A DNA stretch of 64,000 nt, taken from Candidatus Poribacteria bacterium (GTDB taxonomy: Bacteria; Poribacteria; WGA-4E; PCPOR2b). The notes under the pieces were generated by a model. That model was not told the origin of the DNA. It ran no database searches and was given only the letters and a program-made list of their open reading frames with translations. The stretch is from assembly GCA_965208675.1 (NCBI GenBank), contig OZ242351.1, positions 2,528,001 through 2,592,000 of the forward strand, given 5' to 3'. A program made the position numbers and the translations under genes. Of this stretch, positions 49,497-59,194 are shown in pieces (the first letter of the stretch is position 1; every line of letters begins with the position of its first letter).

Positions 49497-50960
49497 GTGG
49501 ACGCACATAGGGAATCAGATCGTCGACATCTAGGCAGATTGGTGATACGCAAATTCTCGGATTTGCGTATCACTGAATTTAAAATGTGGTGTATTGTACT
49601 CGTCCTATGTGTGGCATCGCGGTTGCTTACAACCATATTCTACATCGAAGATTTGGATAGTCTCCGTTTTGCGTTGAGTATGGTTGACTATGATGTCGCC
49701 AAATTGCAACCCCACTTTCCGGCTTACCCCGTCTTCTGTTTTGTCGGCAAGCTGATTTATGCCGTTACGGGGCGTTATGCCTTGGCGTTTTCGCTCATCG
49801 GCGGCGTATCCATATTTTTGACGATTTTTTTCCTACTCAAGATTGCGGGAATTAGAATCACTTCGTCTGCCGGGCTAATTACCGTTTTCGTATTGTTCAT
49901 CAACCCGCTGCTGTGGTTGATGAGCAACCGCTACATGCCGGACGCGATGGGAGTTGGGCTCGTTTTTGCCGGTCTCTATTTCACAACAGTTAAAGACCAG
50001 AATCCGCGTAAAGTCGGGTTCGGGTTCTTTCTTGCGGGAGTCTTAGGTGGGGTGCGCCTCTCCTATCTGCCAATGCTCATACCCGCGCTATTCATGCGGT
50101 TGCGGACAAATTGGATGTCGTTAGGGTTTATCGCGGCGGGAACAGTTGGCGCTATCATTTGGCTAGTCCCTTTAGTTTTCCTCACCGGATGGGAAACACT
50201 GCTCCAAGCCGCTCAGACCCAAAGTCGAGGGCATCTTTTTGAATTTGGCGGCACTGTTGTTAGCCACCCCGAAATGTGGCTGCGAATAACGAAACTTCTT
50301 GAAGGCGTGAGGGCAGACGGATTCGGGCTTTATTGGGGCGGGCGGCATATAATAACCGCATGCACAACTATTACGCTGCTTGGAATTCTCGCCGCAAATT
50401 GGCGCCAGATAAAAAATGTCAAGCGGTCGAGTTTTCTGAGTGCCAGTTTTATCGGATGTGTGGTTTACGTCATCTGGATTTTCTGCTTTCAAAACGTCGT
50501 GAATAAGAGCCGGCATGTTCTGCCGTTAATCCCTTTTTTGGGACTTTTCATCGCGTTTGCCTGTGCTAGAATCGCCGGGCATCGGAACCGTATACTCAAA
50601 GTGGTTTTAGCCGGTTTCTTGCTCTGTTACGGATACGTTACGCTTCATCTGGTTGTGCAGCACAAAAATCCGACGGCGATTGCGCAGATATACCAGTATC
50701 TCAAGGCTAAACAGAGCGATAAACTATGTGTGGTCTCGGTGCCCCTAATAAAATATTACCTTGAATCTCAAGGGCTGAAAGCGGTCTATATCCCGATTAA
50801 AGATGAGGCTGACACCGTGAAACTTGACGAGCAGTTGAGCTCAGAATTCGTAGTCATCGGCAGCCCGCTGCATGGCCGGGCAATGAAAACTCGAAAGACG
50901 TTCTATCACAATCCGTATGTTAATCGGATGTGGTCTGAAATCCCCTTGTTTGAGTATTAA
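49497..50960 (+). CDS. Polytopic membrane protein, GT-C-fold-like
   Basis: About 11 TM segments; early loop EDLDSLRF..YDV..QPHFPAYP; start may be ATG 49584. Confidence 0.6.
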   Translation: MDAHRESDRRHLGRLVIRKFSDLRITEFKMWCIVLVLCVASRLLTTIFYIEDLDSLRFALSMVDYDVAKLQPHFPAYPVFCFVGKLIYAVTGRYALAFSLIGGVSIFLTIFFLLKIAGIRITSSAGLITVFVLFINPLLWLMSNRYMPDAMGVGLVFAGLYFTTVKDQNPRKVGFGFFLAGVLGGVRLSYLPMLIPALFMRLRTNWMSLGFIAAGTVGAIIWLVPLVFLTGWETLLQAAQTQSRGHLFEFGGTVVSHPEMWLRITKLLEGVRADGFGLYWGGRHIITACTTITLLGILAANWRQIKNVKRSSFLSASFIGCVVYVIWIFCFQNVVNKSRHVLPLIPFLGLFIAFACARIAGHRNRILKVVLAGFLLCYGYVTLHLVVQHKNPTAIAQIYQYLKAKQSDKLCVVSVPLIKYYLESQGLKAVYIPIKDEADTVKLDEQLSSEFVVIGSPLHGRAMKTRKTFYHNPYVNRMWSEIPLFEY

Positions 50961-51019
50961 CGTGAGAGTAGAGAGACGTTACTCACATCCAAACTCAATA
51001 TCGCTGAGTAGACAAAAAC

Positions 51020-52360
51020 TTGCAATCAATCGAAACTGACGTTCAGATTCTTGGCGGCGGCCCTGCGGGGTTGGCGGCGGGGTATTATGCCAAACAGCGC
51101 GGCATCAATTTTGCTCTCGTTGAGGCTAGTGCACATGTCGGCGGAAATTGCCGCACACTCCGGGCAGGCGGCTTCCGATTCGATACCGGCGCCCACCGAT
51201 TCCACGATAAAGACCGCGAAGTCACGAGCGAGGTCAAAAAACTTCTGGGCGACGCGCTACTCCGCGTCGAAGCGCCAAGTGAGATTTTTTTCGAGGGGCA
51301 GTTCGTCCAGTTTCCGCTCACATTGACTAATTTGGTGAAGAAACTGGATGCCAAAACCTTGCTAAAAATCGCTTGTGATACACCGGGCGCTGGCCGAGGA
51401 ATATCCGCAGACAACTTCGGGAGGTTTGCGGTCAATCAGTACGGAAAGACATTAGCAGAACGCTTCCTGCTCAACTATTCTCAAAAACTGTGGGGAGAGC
51501 CGCCGCACAAGCTATCTACAGCCGTCTCCGGCAGCAGATTAAACGGATTGGACATCAAAAATTTTATCCGTTCCACCGTCATGGGCGATGTTCAACAGCC
51601 GAGCCATCTGGACGGTTCTTTCCTTTATCCAAGGTACGGCATCGGGATGATTGCAGAAAAAATGCGGGATTTTATTGGAGACCGATGCATCAGAACCAAC
51701 AGCCGAGTGAGCCGCTTAGTTCACAAGAACGGCAAAATCGAACAAATCATATTAAATGGCGGCGATGACGAGTTGCGAGCCACGAAGCTTGTCAACACAT
51801 TGCCATTGACGCTTACAACGAAAATTCTAGACCCGCCGCCGCCGCCGGAGCTTCTAGATGTCGCGAATTCAATCAAATTCAGAAATCTGGTGCTCTGCGT
51901 ATTTTGCTTGAACCGCAACTCCTTTTCGCCTAACGCCTCGCTCTATTTCCCAAGCGAATCGTTTCCTTTTACGCGGCTTTATGAACCAAAAAACCGAAGC
52001 CTTCACATGGCCCCGCAAGGTCAGACGGCAATAGTGCTTGAACTGCCGTGTTACAACCGTGATGCGTTGTGGCGTATGTCGGACAAAGCACGAAAAGCCC
52101 TGGTTTGGAAGGCTTTACAGCATGTTAAACCGATTGCAACTGAAGAAATTCTCTGTTATCGCTCTTATAAGTTGCCTTTTGCTTATCCGGTACTTGAGGT
52201 TGGGTTTGACGAAAACATAAGGCGCTTGATCGATTACCTTGAGGCATTTGAGAATCTATATCTGACAGGCAGAAGCGCGCTCTTTCGCTATCTGCATCTC
52301 CACGACCTGTTTAAAGCGGGGAAAGCGTTGGCAAATCGAATCGTAACGGTGTCCGATTAG
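51020..52360 (+). CDS. FAD-dependent oxidoreductase (protoporphyrinogen oxidase/UDP-galactopyranose mutase-like)
   Basis: GGGPAGLAA, GGNCRT, FDTGAHRF, YPRYGIG, AYPV, GR..FRY. Confidence 0.82.
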   Translation: MQSIETDVQILGGGPAGLAAGYYAKQRGINFALVEASAHVGGNCRTLRAGGFRFDTGAHRFHDKDREVTSEVKKLLGDALLRVEAPSEIFFEGQFVQFPLTLTNLVKKLDAKTLLKIACDTPGAGRGISADNFGRFAVNQYGKTLAERFLLNYSQKLWGEPPHKLSTAVSGSRLNGLDIKNFIRSTVMGDVQQPSHLDGSFLYPRYGIGMIAEKMRDFIGDRCIRTNSRVSRLVHKNGKIEQIILNGGDDELRATKLVNTLPLTLTTKILDPPPPPELLDVANSIKFRNLVLCVFCLNRNSFSPNASLYFPSESFPFTRLYEPKNRSLHMAPQGQTAIVLELPCYNRDALWRMSDKARKALVWKALQHVKPIATEEILCYRSYKLPFAYPVLEVGFDENIRRLIDYLEAFENLYLTGRSALFRYLHLHDLFKAGKALANRIVTVSD

Positions 52361-52431
52361 GGAACCGCGATGATCACTTAAAGATTGTATTATACATACT
52401 AGGAGGAATGTAGTTATTTCATTTCACAATC

Positions 52432-52800
52432 ATGAGTTATAGTGCAGATTTAAGGAAACGAGTTGTCAGTTATGTTAAAGCTGGCGGCAGCAAAATCGAA
52501 GCCGCTCGCCGATTCGATATCAGTCGAAGGACGGTGTACAATTGGTTAGCGTCAGTCAACCTGCCGCCTAAACCGCGGGCGCCGCACGCCCGTAAATTTG
52601 ACATTGGCGCTTTACGGCGTCACGTAAAGGATTATCCTGATGCCATACTCTCAGAACGCGCTCAACAGTTCGGCGTATCCATAAGTACGATATGGTATCA
52701 TTTGAATCAGATGAATTTATGCAGGCGAAACCATCAGCATATCAATAAAAACATCACTGCAACCGAGACAAGTCTTGCCGTGAATACCGTAACCGATTAG
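52432..52800 (+). pseudogene. IS630 transposase N-terminal HTH remnant
   Basis: YSADLRKRV, AARRFDISRRTVYNW, HVKDYPDAILSERA; no DDE domain follows. Confidence 0.78.
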
Positions 52801-52949
52801 ATTTAAAGCCAGGGGAGATGCCATCCATGTTCGTGCGTGGAAATTTGACTCAACTACTTAACGAAGTGCGGCACGACGCCATCATAAGACAACGAGGCAT
52901 CGCATTGGGAGAAACTGACGCCGCCGCATGGTACATTTTTAAAAATGGC

Positions 52950-52970
52950 TGATACTGAGACTCATTTGCA
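52950..52970. promoter_or_regulatory. Fur-like 21-bp operator
   Basis: TGATACTGAGACTCATTTGCA. Confidence 0.68.
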
Positions 52971-52987
52971 TAAATCAGACCTAATAT

Positions 52988-53107
52988 AACAGAAAAGGCG
53001 AACGATAGATATAGGGAAGAACTCGCAACGTCCAATTGTTAGCCGCATTCCCTATCCCTATCGGATTCATAAATTGGGGCTTTTTTGCGCCCACCGCCCT
53101 TTCTGTT
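52988..53107. ncRNA. Unidentified structured RNA element, copy B
   Basis: Closed by AACAGAAAAGGCG/CGCCCTTTCTGTT; long arm CGATAG..ATAGGGAA/TTCCCTAT..CTATCG; shares blocks with copy A. Confidence 0.6.
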
Positions 53108-53113
53108 CCCATT

Positions 53114-53143
53114 AGGATAAGCCAGTCGCTTTGAGATTGTCAA
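53114..53143 (-). promoter_or_regulatory. Antisense sigma70 promoter B
   Basis: Minus strand TTGACA-18bp-TATCCT, same position relative to the element as promoter A. Confidence 0.55.
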
Positions 53144-53170
53144 GAATTTTGCCTAGGAGGAAATCTATAA

Positions 53171-55117
53171 ATGACGTTGCACACCCAAATTTTGATGGGG
53201 GTTTTCGCCATCTTCGCCATTGGGGAAATAACTTTAAAGACAGGCCCCAAATCTGCCTATGCCTTCGATTCAACTGAGTTAACCAATGACATTTTTAAGA
53301 TGGACGAGATTGTCATCACCGGTACAAAAACCGAGCGTCAATTGAAAAATACACCTATTATCACCGAGATTATCACGCGCAGCGAAATCGAAGCAACAGG
53401 TGCAGAGAACATCGGAGAGGCGTTAGAGCATCGAGTGGGTGTCGTTGTCAATCGTGACGCCCACGGCGACGGAGTTCAACTGCAAGGGCTAGATTCGGAT
53501 TACATCCTAATTCTGGTCGACGGCGAACCGCAGGTTGGGCGAATCGCCGGCAAACTGGATCTTGCGCGTATGACAGTCGAAAATGTTGAACGGATCGAGA
53601 TTGTCAAAGGCGCATCGTCTGCGCTCTTCGGCAGCGCCGCGATGGGGGGCGTAATCAACGTTATCACGCGAAAAATATCATCGCCGTTTACTGCTCAATT
53701 CACCAACAACTTCGGGAACCACAACACCATTGACAGCCGTAGCACGGTTGGGTTGAATCGCGGCAAGTTCAACGGGTTAATGACGGTTACTGCAAACCGC
53801 CGAAACCCAATCGACCTGGACAAGTCAGACCTTACGACAACGATTGACGGCTATCAAAACTGGACCCACTCGGCGCGAACTGAGTATCAACTGACCCCAA
53901 AATCAACCCTCCTGTTTTCGGGGCAATATTTTGCCCAAAATCAGGACGGTGTCAGCGAAAGAGAGGGCGCCGTTTTTGACCGGCTCGGCGACATTGACAA
54001 CTTCAGCGGCAGCGTCGGCACGGAATATCAAGTCGGATCCCGCTCAAAGTTGATGGGCAAAATTTACGGCACGCGGTACCGCGATGAATCCACGGTTATC
54101 GACCGCGGCGCATCGCTCACCGCGTCATCAAATGTCACAATTCAAGACCTAATCAAGGGCGAAGTGCAATATGACGCCGCTCTCGGTTCAAAAAATCAAC
54201 TGACCGTTGGCGCAGAACTGATATTTGAAAATCTCGAATCGAAACGCATCACGGGCGGCGAAAAGGACATCACAACCGACTCGCTGTTTTTCCAAAACGA
54301 ATTTCGACCAATGGCAAAACTGTCGATTGTCTTGGGCGGACGGTTTGACAATCACTCCGAATTTGGAACACATTTCAGTCCAAAGTTGAGCGGGATGTAT
54401 CACGTGACACCTAATCTAACGATGCGTACCTCCTTCGGTGAAGGTTTTCGCGCCCCTGACTTCAAAGACCTATATCTCGATTTCAGCAATGTGACATCCG
54501 GGTATCAGGTGCTTGGAAATCCGGACTTACAACCGGAGTCGTCGGGCAACTGGAATCTTGGAGTTGAATACCTATTCAAGTCCTCAATTCGCGGACGGGC
54601 GCACCTGTATCGAAACAACCTAAACAACCTTATTGAAGCGGAACGGATCGGGACAAGCGTGCTTGGTGGGAGTAAGTTTCAGTATTTTAATGTCAGCGAG
54701 GCATTCACTGAAGGGCTTGAAGTCGAATTCTCGACCCGCTCAATTAGGGGATGTGCCGCCTCAATCGGCTATGCATATCTCAACGGCGAGGACAAGGAGA
54801 CCGGTATGGCGCTGCTGAACCGATCAAAGCATAGCGGTAACCTCAAGCTCGTTTACATGAACCCGGACGCCGGTGTCAACCTTGACCTGCGCGGGCGTTA
54901 CGCCAGTAAGTGGGGTTTTTACGACGACGGTGACAAGGTACTTGAAGATGAGGAGTATGCGCCAAGCAACTGGATATGGAACATTCGGGCGTCGAAGCAG
55001 GTCATCAAATGGTTAAAAGCCTCGTTCGGAATCAACAACATCTTCGACTTCAAAATTCCGACCTTTTATCCCTTTTCCGGGCGGTCATTTTACGGCGGTT
55101 TGTCGCTAAATTACTGA
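53171..55117 (+). CDS. TonB-dependent receptor (HmuR/CirA-like)
   Basis: DEIVITGTK, VERIEIVKGASSALFG, GFRAP, NPDLQPE; AGGAGG RBS. Confidence 0.92.
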   Translation: MTLHTQILMGVFAIFAIGEITLKTGPKSAYAFDSTELTNDIFKMDEIVITGTKTERQLKNTPIITEIITRSEIEATGAENIGEALEHRVGVVVNRDAHGDGVQLQGLDSDYILILVDGEPQVGRIAGKLDLARMTVENVERIEIVKGASSALFGSAAMGGVINVITRKISSPFTAQFTNNFGNHNTIDSRSTVGLNRGKFNGLMTVTANRRNPIDLDKSDLTTTIDGYQNWTHSARTEYQLTPKSTLLFSGQYFAQNQDGVSEREGAVFDRLGDIDNFSGSVGTEYQVGSRSKLMGKIYGTRYRDESTVIDRGASLTASSNVTIQDLIKGEVQYDAALGSKNQLTVGAELIFENLESKRITGGEKDITTDSLFFQNEFRPMAKLSIVLGGRFDNHSEFGTHFSPKLSGMYHVTPNLTMRTSFGEGFRAPDFKDLYLDFSNVTSGYQVLGNPDLQPESSGNWNLGVEYLFKSSIRGRAHLYRNNLNNLIEAERIGTSVLGGSKFQYFNVSEAFTEGLEVEFSTRSIRGCAASIGYAYLNGEDKETGMALLNRSKHSGNLKLVYMNPDAGVNLDLRGRYASKWGFYDDGDKVLEDEEYAPSNWIWNIRASKQVIKWLKASFGINNIFDFKIPTFYPFSGRSFYGGLSLNY

Positions 55118-55365
55118 GCCATGATTCTCAACGTTGGACACTGCGTCTCTGACAACTCTCTTATCGGGTAGAGAGTGGTCTGAAAAAACCAACCCAACTT
55201 GTAGCTTGGCAATCGTTACGCGTGGAATTTGCTTCACGTTGCTTCTCAATTTTTGCATACGATTTCTGTCGCCAGCACATCGCTCCCGCGGGACTTGACA
55301 CCCAAGGGTGTGCGCTGTTGACAGTTGCTAACCTTAATCCAAAAACATTAAAAGGATATCAGGTA

Positions 55366-55995
55366 ATGAAGAAGATTAGGTTTCTCTTAACACCGATATT
55401 CATCTGCACAATAATTTTCGGCGTGGTACCGGCTGATGCGAAAGTTCACAGCGCAACCGTCACCATTGACGCCACGAGCCGCGAGGCGTGGACATTTTTC
55501 AGCTTCTCAACAGGTAAGCCGGTCGAAGTTGAACACCATTCATCCTCAATAAATTGGGACCTCGGTTTCCAAAGGACAATGGTGATTGTCAACGGTGGTG
55601 CCAGCGGTCCCGGTGAAGGCACCGTCCTAATATTAGAAGGTGTTCAATTTGAAGATGTTGTCGCTGCGCCGGAAGGCGTCTACGTACCGGATACCGACCA
55701 GATTGCCACGATTGCACGGGGAGACGGTTGGTACACCTACACCGGTCCCCCAAATCACTTGGTTCTGCCCAACGATCGGGTCTACGTGCTGCAAACCGCA
55801 GCCGGGCTGTTCGCAAAGTTGCGCTTTATCGGCTATTACAGCGACAACGAAGCCAAGGAAGGCTCTGGTAATATCACCATCGAGTATGCCTTCCAAGACG
55901 ACGGCAGCCGCAGTTTCCAGACGTCTGCTCAAACCTCAGTCGAAGCGAAAGCGAAACTCGTAACGACATGGGCGCGGCTTAAGTTCGGTAGTTGA
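55366..55995 (+). CDS. hmuY: HmuY-family heme-binding protein with C-terminal VEAKAKLVTTWARLK tail
   Basis: IDATSREAWTFFSF, WDLGFQR, NGGASGPG, GWYTY, AKLRFIGYY; start taken at MKKIRF. Confidence 0.85.
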   Translation: MKKIRFLLTPIFICTIIFGVVPADAKVHSATVTIDATSREAWTFFSFSTGKPVEVEHHSSSINWDLGFQRTMVIVNGGASGPGEGTVLILEGVQFEDVVAAPEGVYVPDTDQIATIARGDGWYTYTGPPNHLVLPNDRVYVLQTAAGLFAKLRFIGYYSDNEAKEGSGNITIEYAFQDDGSRSFQTSAQTSVEAKAKLVTTWARLKFGS

Positions 55996-56202
55996 TTCGC
56001 CGACAGATGAACCTTATATGCTTGCTCGCCGCCAATTTGCTGCCGCGGCGAGCAAGATTAGCGAACTTTACTCTATTTAATGTTGTACTCGTAAGGTCTA
56101 CCAATTGCCAACCCAAGACTCCCAAGCTAGTTTGGGTTGTGGACGAGCGTGAAGCTTGTATTGGCAAGTCATGCGTAACGTCAAGGAAATTATTCCCTAC
56201 CA

Positions 56203-56233
56203 TTACGCATTACGCTTTACTCATTATTCACTA
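56203..56233. repeat. Short 7-bp tandem repeat (TTACGCA/TTACGCT/TTACTCA)
   Basis: Same unit forms a longer array at 62115-62160. Confidence 0.5.
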
Positions 56234-56265
56234 CACAGCAATCAATTTTGCCAAGAGAATAAAAG

Positions 56266-56766
56266 ATGACTTTCAGCATATCTCGCCTCATTGGAATAAC
56301 CGGTTTCGGTGCGATTGCACTCACCGGTACTTTGATTGCGCTCACGCCTTTATTGCAGCAGTCATGCTGGTTAATCTATTCGCGTTCACTTCTGCTCGCA
56401 AACGGTGCGTTTGCATGCGCGTGCGCCGCATCGGCATTCTACCTCATCCAAGAACGCCAACTCAAACGTAAGCGGTTTCTCACGGCATTTAAACACCTGC
56501 CGGCGCTTGAGCGGTTGGACACGCTTTGTCATCAAGGCGTGATTATCGGGCTGTCGCTATCGATTCTTGGACTGTTCGCTGTTTTAAGATGGCACGCCAG
56601 TTATCACAACGACTGGTCGCACCAAGTGTCCGGCGTGAGTGGTGTGTGTCTGCTCTATCTGTTTCACCTGTTTATTCGCTTCGTTCTACGTCGGCGCGGA
56701 AAAACGCTTGCGTATTTTTCAATCACTTGCATTTCAATTCTGCTGCTTTTACACCTATCTTCCTAA
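56266..56766 (+). CDS. Short CcsA-like (cytochrome c assembly family) membrane protein, possibly degenerate
   Basis: YLIQERQLKRK..LPALERLD and RGK..AY match the family; WWD motif is eroded. Confidence 0.6.
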   Translation: MTFSISRLIGITGFGAIALTGTLIALTPLLQQSCWLIYSRSLLLANGAFACACAASAFYLIQERQLKRKRFLTAFKHLPALERLDTLCHQGVIIGLSLSILGLFAVLRWHASYHNDWSHQVSGVSGVCLLYLFHLFIRFVLRRRGKTLAYFSITCISILLLLHLSS

Positions 56767-56819
56767 TAGCAGGGAGATGTACATTTACTCAACCCTCAAA
56801 CTATCTAGAAAGGTAAAAA

Positions 56820-57035
56820 ATGCATCACACGAAAGAGTTTCGGTCGAGTAACAACATCTGTTGCGTTTATCAATGCCTTGAGGGGCATATTCACTTCAAA
56901 TACCGCGGGATTGACATTGCGATGACTCCCAAAGATTTCTACGATGTTGCAGATACTATCGCGGAAGCCATGTTAACTTTAAAGGACGACAATACAAAAA
57001 CTCTAACGGACGCGGGTCATCCGATTGCTGTTTAA
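56820..57035 (+). CDS. Small Cys/His-containing hypothetical protein
   Basis: AAAGG RBS; CCVYQCLEGHIH; within the heme operon. Confidence 0.6.
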   Translation: MHHTKEFRSSNNICCVYQCLEGHIHFKYRGIDIAMTPKDFYDVADTIAEAMLTLKDDNTKTLTDAGHPIAV

Positions 57036-57067
57036 CCCGTTATTTCAATTGATCGATAGGGGGTATT

Positions 57068-57742
57068 ATGAATGCCTTTAGAGATGTCGCCGTTTGGCGG
57101 CTAATCTTCTGGTCGGTTATGATTGTTGGGGTTGTTTTCTTATTCGGTTGCGGTAATGATGACAACGACACACCTGAGCAACCACTCAAGGAACAGTTGC
57201 CTGAAACTATGACCCCGCCGCCAACTAATCAAACTCCCGTCGAGGTCGAACCGCAACTCGACGTTGTCACCTTCACCATTGATGCGACCAATAGAGAAGC
57301 GTGGTCGTATTTTTCCTTCGCCACGAATGATGTTATAGAAGTGGCAGACCCGGAAAATTCAGCGGATTGGGACCTCGGATTTCAACGGACAAAGGTAAAA
57401 CTCAATGGCGGTGTCAGCGGCCCGGGAAAGGGCGCCGCTGTTATGCTCAAAGATGTGGAGTTTGAGGGTGTGAAAGAAGCGCCTGCCGATGGGTACATTG
57501 CAGATTCCGCGGATACATTAGCGATCGCCGCACAGAGCGAGAAGGGATGGTACATTTACACCGGACCGCCCAACCACTGGGTTTTGCCGCTTGATAATCG
57601 CGTGTTCATTGTTCAAGCGGCGGACGGTACATTTGCTAAAGTTCGGTTCATCGGTTACTACAAGGACAATGAAAATAAAAAGGACAGCGGTTTTGTTACC
57701 TTTGAATATGTCCATCAACCCGATGGAAGCCTAAATTTCTAA
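57068..57742 (+). CDS. hmuY: HmuY-family lipoprotein
   Basis: LFGC lipobox, Pro-rich linker, IDATNREAWSYFSF, WDLGFQR, GWYIYTGPPNH. Confidence 0.87.
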   Translation: MNAFRDVAVWRLIFWSVMIVGVVFLFGCGNDDNDTPEQPLKEQLPETMTPPPTNQTPVEVEPQLDVVTFTIDATNREAWSYFSFATNDVIEVADPENSADWDLGFQRTKVKLNGGVSGPGKGAAVMLKDVEFEGVKEAPADGYIADSADTLAIAAQSEKGWYIYTGPPNHWVLPLDNRVFIVQAADGTFAKVRFIGYYKDNENKKDSGFVTFEYVHQPDGSLNF

Positions 57743-57803
57743 CTCGGGCGCAAACGACCGGTCTAGACCGCAACGAGTTTGTACTGCGTCTCACACTGCT
57801 CTG

Positions 57804-57840
57804 GTAGAAACCGAGTTTTTTTCCAAAACTCGGTTTCTAC
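57804..57840. repeat. Palindromic REP-like repeat, possible terminator
   Basis: GTAGAAACCGAGTTTT/AAAACTCGGTTTCTAC. Confidence 0.75.
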
Positions 57841-57908
57841 TCACCATCGCTCGACAGAAGTGGTCAATTATTATATCCCACTTTCAACACAAGGAGTCAA
57901 AATTGAAA

Positions 57909-58820
57909 ATGCGGCATCTCGCAATACTGTTCTGTCTGGTTGCATCAATCGTCAATGCAGAACCGGTGGAAGTTTCGGACGCCCACGGCGAAACGATAGT
58001 CGTCAACTCATCCGAGCGCATCGTTTCGCTCAACGGCAGTACCACTGAGATTCTCTTTGCGCTCGGCGCCGGCGAAAATGTCGTTGGCTGTGATGCATCT
58101 TCCACCTATCCAAAACATGTTAAGGAATCCTTGCCGTCGATCGGTTATCAGTATCGGCTAAACGCAGAAGGGATTCTCGCCCTTAATCCGACGTTAGTCA
58201 TCGGCCGCGCAAATGTGAAACCGCCTCAAGTCGTCGATCAGCTGCGCATGGCGGGCGTAACTGTGCTGCTGCTCAAAGAACCGAGAACATTCGACGAAGC
58301 CACGCAACGTCTGCGCAAAATCGGAAAGGCGGTCGGTCGTGAGGAGCGCGCAACAGAATTAATCTCGGCGTTGGACGAGGACATTGAAACGTTGAATTCA
58401 AAGCTTGCCGCACGGGAAGGCAAGGAAAAACTGAAAGTGTTGTTTCTATATTTGCGAGGTCCGCAAACCGCTTTTGTGCTCGGCAAGAATTCCGGTCCCG
58501 GCGCAATGCTTGAACTTGCCGGAGCAACCAACGCCTCCGGAAAGATCAAGGACTCCAAACCGATGACGGCGGAGGCGGTTATCGCCGCACAACCGGATGT
58601 GTACGTGCTGTTTGAATCCGGGTTGAAATCTATCGGCGGCGTCGAAGGGTTGCTCGAAGTGCCCGGTTTGGCACAGACGCCCGCCGGACGAAACAAGCGA
58701 GTGGTTGCAATGGATGGATTGTATTTGTCCGGATTCGGCCCCCGCTGCGGGCGGGCAGCCCTTGACCTATTCCGCGGCATCTACGAATCTCAAGGACTTT
58801 TCAACTCAAAGAGGGAGTAG
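57909..58820 (+). CDS. hmuT: Heme ABC transporter substrate-binding protein
   Basis: RIVSLNGSTTEILFALG, IGYQYRLNAEG, QTPAGRNKR, GFGPR. Confidence 0.9.
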   Translation: MRHLAILFCLVASIVNAEPVEVSDAHGETIVVNSSERIVSLNGSTTEILFALGAGENVVGCDASSTYPKHVKESLPSIGYQYRLNAEGILALNPTLVIGRANVKPPQVVDQLRMAGVTVLLLKEPRTFDEATQRLRKIGKAVGREERATELISALDEDIETLNSKLAAREGKEKLKVLFLYLRGPQTAFVLGKNSGPGAMLELAGATNASGKIKDSKPMTAEAVIAAQPDVYVLFESGLKSIGGVEGLLEVPGLAQTPAGRNKRVVAMDGLYLSGFGPRCGRAALDLFRGIYESQGLFNSKRE

Positions 58821-58883
58821 TTCGGTTGCAACTCGCCATCGTCCATAGTCATTGCGGCTAAAAATTAGACATTTACTCATTGG

Positions 58884-58959
58884 TTTGTGGGAGAGGCTTC
58901 CTAGCCTCGATCATCTATCAGTCGATTCCTACTTGTGTAAATATGAACCTAAACGACTA
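58884..58959 (+). repeat. ~75-bp dispersed repeat, copy 2
   Basis: Near-identical to the repeat at 41938; interrupted at its TA by the following MITE. Confidence 0.8.
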
Positions 58960-59161
58960 GGTTCTGTTGACATTTCATCACAACTGAACAATCATAGGGG
59001 CAGTGCACAGCTCCAAGACGATTAGTAGGGGTTGGGTTACCCAACCCTCTATTCCCAAACATATCTGTATGGTTGGGAGTCTCCTGCCAGCGGTTAATCT
59101 GTGGGCGGGGTGACCCCGCCCCTACGGTTACGGAGGGATTCACACAAATGTCACCACGCCC
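58960..59161. mobile_element. 202-bp MITE
   Basis: TIRs GGTTCTGTTGACATTT / AAATGTCACCACGCCC with TA flanks; internal GTAGGGG..CCCCTAC REP-like palindrome. Confidence 0.72.
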
Positions 59162-59194
59162 TATAATACGGCTATGCATAACTATCGGTAAACC

